From Balanoglossus misakiensis (taxonomy: Eukaryota; Animalia; Hemichordata), in the NCBI GenBank assembly GCA_040954595.2, contig CM082590.2, positions 7,130,001 through 7,194,000 of the forward strand: a stretch of DNA of 64,000 bases, written 5' to 3'. This document shows positions 54,540 to 64,000 of the stretch, piece after piece. Below the pieces are notes generated by a model. The model ran no database searches, was not told where the DNA came from, and worked only from the letters and a program-made list of their open reading frames with translations. The translations under genes were made by a program, and so were the position numbers. Within the stretch, counting starts at the first letter, position 1, and every line of letters begins with the position of its first letter.

Positions 54540-54926
54540 GTCTGTTATGTGTGTGGTCTGTTGAGATGGGGTTATGATATGAACGTCGTTATAGGCAGAA
54601 ATGAGGTCAAAACGGTCAACGTGACACGGCTCTATGTACCTATCTCAATACAGTCATATGTACACAGTCAGGACTCAACTGTGTCCAGTACGTCGTTATA
54701 GGCAGGAATGGGGTCAGAACAGTAAATTTGCACTGTCGGGGTCGGGTGGTGTCATCGGGTTGAAGGACATACTGAAAGCGCCTCCACAGTTCATATGCTC
54801 TCCTCCACGAAATAGATGTTTCCTGGATTTGTATATATCTACTTGATGTTTCTTTGCAATTAATGACAAACAACAATCTGTCTTTTTTACAATTTATTGT
54901 AAATCAATGTTCCATTTAGAATTTTT

Positions 54927-55959
54927 TTAGATGGGCATGAAATCAAACTGCGGAACTTGGATGATCTTCATGGGATCGGTATGCATCACAACACACACCA
55001 TACCATTCATCTCCTCTTGGTTCGAAATCAATTTCATGACAGTGTCTGTGATATAGGTCATCCTAGAAAATAAAAGAAAGACACCACAAAATGTTATAGA
55101 AAACACAGTGGCCTGGCATGGATACAGTCATCTTGCCTGGGAGCGCCACCAACGGGCTCAGTGCTCGCATAGCGCATTGTTGTTGTTGTGGAATGTAACT
55201 TTGCCTCTGACAGTTTCCAGTCCAGTAACTTTACCAGTTATCTCTATTGTACATTTTTCTCTAAGTTTTCGCCTTTAATAGTATACATTTGTGTGCGGCT
55301 ATGAATTACGACTAGTCCTATAGTATTATTTTTTCATGATCACCAACATTCCACAATGTATATACCTAATTATATGACTGATCGCACCAATCATGAGAAA
55401 AAGTTTTTCTTTAAAGCGTGTAGCTCGTCATACGCACATGCGCGTAACTTCCCAGCAAATTTTCCGTTCGATGCATTCAAATAGTGGACTGCCTTCGCTT
55501 CCTTCCATATTTCAATGGCATGCGCACCGTGTAAGTAGATTCTGGTTTTGTCCCTCCTTTTCACCCAAGCTATTGTCTTTTCCCGATCTCCGACACAGAT
55601 TATGGTCGCCGCCATCTTGTGTGAGCACTGCCTTATGGGATTGACTGTTCACTAAACGTCTGTAACCAGCGGCTACAGTTGAAACATGCGTGTGAGACGA
55701 GCTACCCGCTTTAAAGTACTTACGGTGTAAAAGGTATAGTTTCATTCCTGGCTTTGAAGTCTTGCGGGTAACGACAGTTAATCTTATTTTGCAAAGGTGT
55801 CTCGACCTTTGCGGGACATATAGCAGCTATGCTGATTTTATTTTCACGAAATCTTTGTTCTCCCTGAAGCCATAAACATGAAACAAAACATTAATGATAT
55901 AACACAATCACTGTCTCTTTGTCAGTCATTCAGTCCGCATATCTGTCCGTTTGTCCATC

Positions 55960-56044
<85 letters not shown>

Positions 56045-59000
56045 ATGTATGTATGTATGTATGTATGTATGTATGTATGTATGTATGTATGTATGTATGT
56101 ATGTATGTATGCATGTGTGTATGTATGTACGTACGTATGTATACGTATGTATGTATACGTACGTACGAAGTATGCGGTTCGTCTGGTCCGAAGCAAAGTG
56201 CTCGACACTTAGGCCTAAGTAGAGCTGACACGTGTCAAATAGGATAAAGTGAAAACTTACGGCAACACTTCGTGTGAGTGCAATGACTCCAGCCTTCGTT
56301 ACAGCATATATTGGATTAAGGGACGACATCAATAAACCTAAAAGAAGGAACTTCCGAATTAACAACAGCATATGAAGAAGAAGAAGAAGACACTGTATAA
56401 ACCACAAGTGTATCCCTTAAAACTCCCCCGAAAAACATCTCAACATCCAGACTATCACACCCATGACACTTAAACCAATAAACAGTACACTCTGGAGGCT
56501 CATCCTCGTTATGCATTGTCCGAAAAATAACATGCAAAACCTACTATGGACATGAAGGATAAATGGTCCAATATTAGATAAATCTGTCCTGTGGGAAGTG
56601 CAAACGTCATATTTTCTGAACATCAACTTCGAACCAATTTGCTATCAAACATTTCTGAAAGGGCAATGCTGTATGTAGTGTTGAATGATGTATAATGTGC
56701 GTCATGAAAGAGGCCTCTTGTTCTAAGGCACTGAGCGATTTCTGTTTTACACTCTTGGGGGCACACGATTGAACTGTTTTCTTATCAGTGGCCGCGCTGG
56801 TTGTCACAGTTTAATTGGCCAACTTCAAATGAGCTACTCACCCGCCCATGAGGCTGTATTAATTATCATACCGCCATTTCCACCATTCTTGGTTCCCATG
56901 AAATCAATTGCCAGCTGAGTCCCAGACACACACGCGCCCTGTTACCATGGCAATGCAGAAATTACATGCATAATACGTGATAGATACCGGTAGATAAGCA
57001 CAACGCACCACTGATGGCTATATGGCTCTTATGGTCTAAACAATAACTACTACTAGTATGTGATGTTTCATGTGTGTTTCATGTGGTTGAATGGAATTTA
57101 AGGATCTGGTTCACTTAGTGGACACGATTATACCCCACTAAGTGAACCAGATCCGAATTTAAAACCCAACCCACCCATTCCTGTATTCATGATCCTGTGT
57201 GGTGTGTCTTTATGTATATGTGTGTTTGATTGAGGCGTTCCCCCATTGCCATACTTGGTCAATCCGACTCTGTAGTCACCACCTTGAATATTTAAGCAAT
57301 AAAACACCCCCAGCCATGGTATACCACGAGATTTTGACCAGTTCACGACATATACGCACGAGCGATATCGAGTGCGTATATGGAGTTGAACTGGTCAAAA
57401 TCGAGTGGTATACCATGGCTGGGGGTGTTTTATTGCTATTATATTATACCAGTATATTGAAACTTTGCATAAAACATTTTAAAAAGGCATGTTCTTTGAC
57501 TATGAGTTTTGCGTGATATATGACTGTGGTATGTGACGAATATATCACAGTCACGTGTCGTGTCTCGACCAATAAAATAGCGTGATTTACACCATCAATA
57601 TACTGGTATAATATAATCACGAAATAAACCCACAATGGAATCGTTTTGACATACCAGATTGACAGCCATTGCCTTCTGCCAGTTAAATTCATCCACTATA
57701 CCGGCATTATTGAACAGAAGATCTATATTTCCATATTTGGTCTTTGTCTGCTGAAAAGCATCTGCAAGATTATAGATAATCGCACAATTGCCCTAGTTAC
57801 ATAAGACGATATTGACAAGTATTTGTTTGAACCACACGTATTTCTTGGCAATTGCAAACTTGTTTCTGACAACTGTCACTTTTAAATGTGACAGTACAGA
57901 ATCTGCGCATTTTCTGACTATATTTCCAGTATCTTACACTGGGTATCAACCTTAGTTTCTACTTTGATTGTCCAAAGTGTGAATACACGCCTAGTATTCA
58001 TCTCAAGTTCTTACTAATCTCACAGGAACGCAAGAAAGAAACAATGGGTACATTTATTTTCTGATACACTGTACACATGGCAACCTGTCCAAATACACAT
58101 ACTCAAAAGTTGTTGACAGCTAGAATGTTGACCGAGAAATCTTCACTTTTTACGGTTTCGCTGAAAGCTTCTGTCACCATTTCAGTCACCTGACAAACAC
58201 TTCGTAACAAATTACTGACCTTTAAGTTCAACATCTGAAGTCACATCGCATTGGATGTAGAGTACCTTTTCTTCGCCATACTTTCCAACAAATTTCTTGT
58301 AACTGTCGCTTTTGGATTTGTCAGCAATGTCTACGAGTGCAACCCCCTTCGAATTAAACAAACCAGAAGGCAAATGTCAAAACGAATAAATAACTCATAT
58401 CATCGTCTGATCAATACTGTAATAAAGGTGAATTATTTTTCGTTTTTGCATAATAATAATTCAAATTTTCCTGAGCCCTATATAGTAAATGAGATGAAGC
58501 AATGCAAAGGTAATGAAAAAAAAATATTTTCCAGCACAACACAATTCCAAGGTAAGTAACTGGTAGTGACATCACTGATGCGTATTCACGGACCATGTTG
58601 CCGGCAGTAGGGGCAAAAGTCTATGCATTTGAACAGCGCAGCCTGCGGTGGGACTGGGCCAGGGAACCAGACAGGGGTGTAATGTAGGTCAGTTAAAGCA
58701 GTAAGCCGACCCAGAGTTCCCTTTATAGAAAATATTTTCGTGCACCGAATCACAAATCCATAGTTGGGTTTTATCAGTTGTAAGCTTCTTCTATTGAAAT
58801 CCGGTGCCATGTGTTGGTTAGAACGGAATTATCGTGTCGTCCAATCTGTATGTATGTCATTAACATCGACATTAACATCCATGTAGTAATAACGCGTTCA
58901 TATACAGACTGCCCCTGCCCTTATGCCATTTTTGTTGTGAACAAAAATCACTGTTTGTGCACTGTCATTTTCCTAGTTCAAGACAGCACATGAGGTGACG

Positions 59001-59183
59001 TGACAAACCTACTTACAGTGTTCACGTTTTCAACTACTGCCTCCTGAAACCGCCATTAATTATTGAATATACATTTAGAATGTTTTAAAGGTTTACCTTT
59101 GCACCTTGCTCCAAAAGCTTTTCGGCAATAGCACTTCCAATACCGCTGGCACCACCTGTTACAATCGCTGTCTTTGACTCCAT
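54927..59183 (-). CDS. HPGD: HPGD-like short-chain dehydrogenase/reductase, copy B (256 aa)
   Basis: Exons 59097-59183, 58220-58346, 57655-57761, 56842-56938, 56261-56337, 55724-55863, 54927-55062. Same exon sizes and motifs as copy A, frame intact. Confidence 0.9.
57102..57154. mobile_element. 53-bp minimal hairpin insertion with 8-bp TSD
   Basis: GAATTTAA|GGATCTGGTTCACTTAGTGG-13 nt-CCACTAAGTGAACCAGATCC|GAATTTAA. Confidence 0.75.
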
Positions 59184-59581
59184 GTCTGTTATGTGTGTGG
59201 TCTGTTGAGATGGGGTTATGATATGAACGTCGTTATAGGCAGAAATGAGGTCAAAACGGTCAACGTGACACGGCTCTATGTACCTATCTCAATACAGTCA
59301 TATGTACACAGTCAGGACTCAACTGTGTCCAGTACGTCGTTATAGGCAGGAATGGGGTCAGAACAGTAAATTTGCACTGTCGGCCGGGTCGGGTGGTGTC
59401 ATCGGGTTGAAGGACATACTGAAAGCGCCTCCACAGTTCATATGCTCTCCTCCACGAAATAGATGTTTTCTGGATTTGTATATATATATATATCTACTTG
59501 ATGTTTCTTTGCAATTAATGACAAACAACAATCTGTCTCTTTTACTATTTATTGTATATCAATGTTCCATTTAGAATTTTT

Positions 59582-59717
59582 TTACATGGGCATGAAATCA
59601 AACTGCGGAACTTGGATGATCTTCATGGGATCGGTATGCATCACAACACACACCATACCATTCATCTCCTCTTGGTTCGAAATCAATTTCATGACAGTGT
59701 CTGTGATATAGGTCATC
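59582..59717 (-). pseudogene. Remnant last exon of a third HPGD-like copy, truncated by the satellite
   Basis: 136 nt nearly identical to 54927-55062 (MTYITDTVMKLISNQEE...FDFMPM*). The acceptor AG and everything upstream are replaced by satellite. Confidence 0.85.
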
Positions 59718-62700
59718 CATGAAAATCGTCAAAAAATGCCGAAATCACCAAAGTTCGTAAAATCACGAATTTTTCAGTTTTCACCATTTTCATGAGCTAT
59801 AACCCATGAAAATCATCGAAAAATGCCGAAATCACCAAAGTTCGTAAAGTCACGAATTTTTCAGTTTTCACCATTTTCATGAGCTATAACCCATGAAAAT
59901 CGTCAAAAAGTGCCAAAATCACCAAAGTTCGTAAAATCACGAATTTTTCAGTTTTCACCATTTTCATGAGCTATAACCCATGAAAATCATCGAAAAATGC
60001 CGAAATCACCAAAGTTCGTAAAGTCACGAATTTTTCAGTTTTCACCATTTTCATGAGCTATAACCCATGAAAATCGTCAAAAAATGCCGAAATCACCAAA
60101 GTTCGTAAAATCACAAATTTTTCAGTTTTCACCATTTTCATGAGCTATAACCCATGAAAATCGTCAAAAAATGCCAAAATCACCAAAGTTCGTAAAATCA
60201 CGAATTTTTCAGCTTTCACCATTTTCATGAGCTATAACCCATGAAAATCGTCAAAAAATGCCGAAATCACAAAAGTTCGTAAAATCACAAATTTTTCAGC
60301 TATCACCATTTTCATGAGCTATAACCCATGAAAATCGTCAAAAAATGCCAAAATCACCAAAGTTCGTAAAATCACGAATTTTTCAGCTTTCACCATTTTC
60401 ATGAGCTATAACCCATGAAAATAGTCAAAAAATGCCGAAATCACCAAAGTTCGTAAAATCACGAATTTTTCAGCTTTCACCGTTTTCATGAGCTATAACC
60501 CATGAAAATCGTCAAAAAGTGCCAAAATCACCAAAGTTCGTAAAATCACGAATTTTTCAGCTTTCACCATTTTCATGACCTATAACCCATGAAAATCGTC
60601 AAAAAATGCCGAAATCACCAAAGTTCGTAAAATCACGAATTTTTCAGCTCTCACCGTTTTCATGAGCTATAACCCATGAAAATCGTCAAAAAATGCCGAA
60701 ATCACCAAAGTTCGTAAAATCACGAATTTTTCAGCTTTCACCATTTTCATGAGCTATAACCCATGAAAATCGTCAAAAAGTGCCAAAATCACCAAAGTTC
60801 GTAAAATCACGAATTTTTCAGCTTTCACCATTTTCATGAGCTATAACCCATGAAAATCGTCAAAAAGTACCAAAATCACCAAAGTTCGTAAAATCACGAA
60901 TTTTTCAGCTATCACCATTTTCATGAGCTATAACCCATGAAAATCGTCAAAAAGTGCCAAAATCACCAAAGTACGTAAAATCACGAATTTTTCAGCTTTT
61001 ACCGTTTTCATGAGCTATAACCCATGAAAATCGTCAAAAAGTGCCGAAATCACCAAAGTTCCTAAAATCACGAATTTTTCAGCTTTCACCGTTTTCATGA
61101 GCTATAACCCATGAAAATCGTCAAAAAATGCCGAAATCACCAAAGTACGTAAAATCACGAATTTTTCAGCTTTTACCGTTTTCATGAGCTATAACCCATG
61201 AAAATCGTCAAAAAGTGCCGAAATCACCAAAGTACGTAAAATCACGAATTTTTCAGCTTTCACCGTTTTCATGAGCTATAACCCATGAAAATCGTCAAAA
61301 AATGCCGAAATCACCAAAGTTCGTAAAATCACGAATTTTTCAGCTTTCACCATTTTCATGACCTATAACCCATGAAAATCGTCAAAAAGTGCCAAAATCA
61401 CCAAAGTTCGTAAAATCACGAATTTTTCAGTTTTCACCATTTTCATGAGCTATAACCCATGAAAATTGTCAAAAAGTGCCAAAATCACCAAAGTTCGTAA
61501 AATCACGAATTTTTCAGTTTTCACCATTTTCATGAGCTATAACCCATGAAAATCGTCAAAAAGTGCAAAAATCACCAAAGTTCGTAAAATCACGAATTTT
61601 TCAGCTTTCACCATTTTCATGAGCTATAACCCATGAAAATCGTCAAAAAGTGCCAAAATCACCAAAGTTCGTAAAATCACGAATTTTTCACTTTTCACCA
61701 TTTTCATGAGCTATAACCCATGAAAATCATCAAAAAGTGCCAAAATCACAAAAGTTCGTAAAATCACGAATTTTTCACTTTTCACCATTTTCATGAGCTA
61801 TAACCCATGAAAATCGTCAAAAAGTGCCAAAATCACCAAAGTTCGTAAAATCACGAATTTTTCAGCTATCACCATTTTCATGAGCTATAACCCATGAAAA
61901 TCGTCAAAAAGTGCCAAAATCACCAAAAGTCGTAAAATCACGAATTTTTCACTTTTCACCATTTTCATGAGCAATAACCAATGAAAATCGTCAACAAGTG
62001 CCAAAATCACCAAAGGTCGTAAAATCACGAATTTTTCAGCTTTCACCATTTTCATGAGCTATAACCCATGAAAATCGTCAAAAAATGCCAAAATCACCAA
62101 AGTTCGTAAAATCACGAATTTTTCACTTTTCACCATTTTCATGAGCTATAACCCATGAAAATCGTCAAACGATGCCAAAATCACCAAAGTTCGTAAAATC
62201 ACGAATTTTTCACTTTTCACCATTTTCATGAGCTATAACCCATGAAAATCGTCAAAAAGTGCCAAAATCACCAAAGTTCGTAAAATCACGAATTTTTCAG
62301 CTTTCACCATTTTCATGAGCTATAACCCATGAAAATCGTCAAAAAGTGCCAAAATCACCAAAGTTCGTAAAATCACGAATTTTTCAGTTTTCACCATTTT
62401 CATGAGCTATAACCCATGAAAATCGTCAAAAAGTGCCAAAATCACCAAAGTTCGTAAAATCACGAAATTTTCAGCTATCACCATTTTCATGAGCTATAAC
62501 CCATGAAAATCGTCCAAAAGTGCCAAAATCACCAAAGTTCGTAAAATCACGAATTTTTCAGTTTTCACCATTTTCATGAGCTATAACCCATGAAAATCGT
62601 CAAAAAGTGCCAAAATCACCAAAGTTCGTAAAATCACGAATTTTTCAGTTTTCACCATTTTCATGAGCTATAACCCATGAAAATCGTCAAAAAGTGCCAA

Positions 62701-64000
62701 AATCACCAAAGTTCGTAAAATCACGAATTTTTCAGCTATCACCATTTTCATGAGCTATAACCCATGAAAATCGTCAAAAAGTGCCAAAATCACCAAAAGT
62801 CGTAAAATCACGAATTTTTCACTTTTCACCATTTTCATGAGCTATAACCAATGAAAATCGTCAAAAAATGCCAAAATCACCAAAGTTCGTAAAATCACGA
62901 ATTTTTCAGCTTTCACAATTTTCATGAGCTATAACCCATGAAAATCGTCAAAAAATGCCAAAATCACCAAAGTTCGTAAAATCACGAATTTTTCACTTTT
63001 CACCATTTTCATGAGCTATAACCCATGAAAATCGTCAAAAAGTGCCAAAATCACCAAAGTTCGTAAAATCACGAATTTTTCAGTTTTCACCATTTTCATG
63101 AGCTATAACCCATGAAAATCGTCAAAAAGTGCCAAAATCACCAAAGTTCGTAAAATCACGAATTTTTCAGCTTTCACAATTTTCATGAGCTATAACCAAT
63201 GAAAATCGTCAAAAAATGCCGAAATCACCAAAGTTCGTGAAAATGGTGAAAGCTGAAAAATTCTTGATTTCACGAAATTTGGTGATTTCGGCAGTTTTTG
63301 ACGATTTTCATGGGTTATAGCTCATGAAAATGGTGAAAGCTGAAAAATTCGTGATTTTAGGAACTTTGGTGATTTCGGCATTTTTTGACGATTTTCATGG
63401 GTTATAGCTCATGAAAATTGTGAAAACTTAAAAATTCGGGATTTTATGAACTTTGGTGATTTCGGCATTTTTTGACGATTTTCATGGGTTATAGCTCATG
63501 AAAATGGTGAAAGCTGAAAAATTCTTGATTTTACGAAATTTGGTGATTTCGGTATTATTTGACGATTTTCATGGGTTATAGCTCATGAAAATGGTGGAAA
63601 CTGAAAAATTCGTGATTTTACGAACTTTGGTGATTTCGGCAGTTTTTGACGACTTTCATGGGTTATAGCTCATGAAAATGGTGAAAGCTGAAAAATTCGT
63701 GATTTTACGAACTTTGGTGATTTTGGCATTTTTTGACGATTTTCATGGGTTATAGCTCATGAAAATGGTGATAGCTGAAAAATTCGTGATTTTACGAACT
63801 TTGATGATTTCGGCTTTTTTTGACGATTTTCATGGGTTATAGCTCATGAAAATGATGAAAACTGAAAAATTCGTGATTTTAGGAACTTTGGTGATTTCGG
63901 CATTTTTGAGGATTTTCATGGGTTATAGCTCATGAAAATGGTGAAAGCTGAAAAATTCGTGATTTTAGGAACTTTGGTGATTTCGGCATTTTTTGACGAT
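59717..64000. repeat. 87-bp satellite DNA array, possibly centromeric, pericentromeric or subtelomeric
   Basis: Monomer CCATGAAAATCGTCAAAAAATGCCGAAATCACCAAAGTTCGTAAAATCACGAATTTTTCAGTTTTCACCATTTTCATGAGCTATAAC, period 87 (59717 to 59804). About 40 copies forward, then about 9 reverse-complement copies from ~63238 to the window end. Confidence 0.97.

Noticed and set aside
59278-59574. Plus-strand ORF conserved between 54634 and 59278
   Set aside because: The similarity reflects the recent HPGD-unit duplication, and the two versions diverge by a frameshift.

Overview
AT-rich, intron-containing animal (invertebrate) genomic DNA. The gene and repeat content suggests a marine deuterostome such as a hemichordate, but this is inference only. 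Most ORF-track entries are microsatellite or transposon noise; the real genes are spliced and all lie on the minus strand. I assembled them by hand from GT-AG sites and phase matching. (1) 365-31016: a large secreted mosaic protein gene (27 exons, about 1518 aa visible, running off the left edge) with signal peptide, basic furin-type site, EGF, 3 C-type lectin, 4 EGF and at least 4 Caspr/neurexin-IV-type fibrinogen-like domains. It has two tandem-duplicated intact signal-peptide exons and an 8-Cys insertion in one repeat. (2) 42962-49132: two tandem paralogous genes for small secreted proteins with two PAN/Apple domains each. (3) 50787-59717: two intact 7-exon HPGD-like short-chain dehydrogenase paralogs and a third copy cut exactly at its last splice acceptor by (4) an 87-bp satellite array (59717-64000) that switches orientation at about 63238. 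Introns and intergenic DNA hold many non-autonomous DNA transposon (MITE) families, nested insertions, a MITE arm expanding into a 132-bp tandem array, a LINE fragment and long microsatellites. No prokaryote-type system (CRISPR, rRNA, tRNA) is supported.
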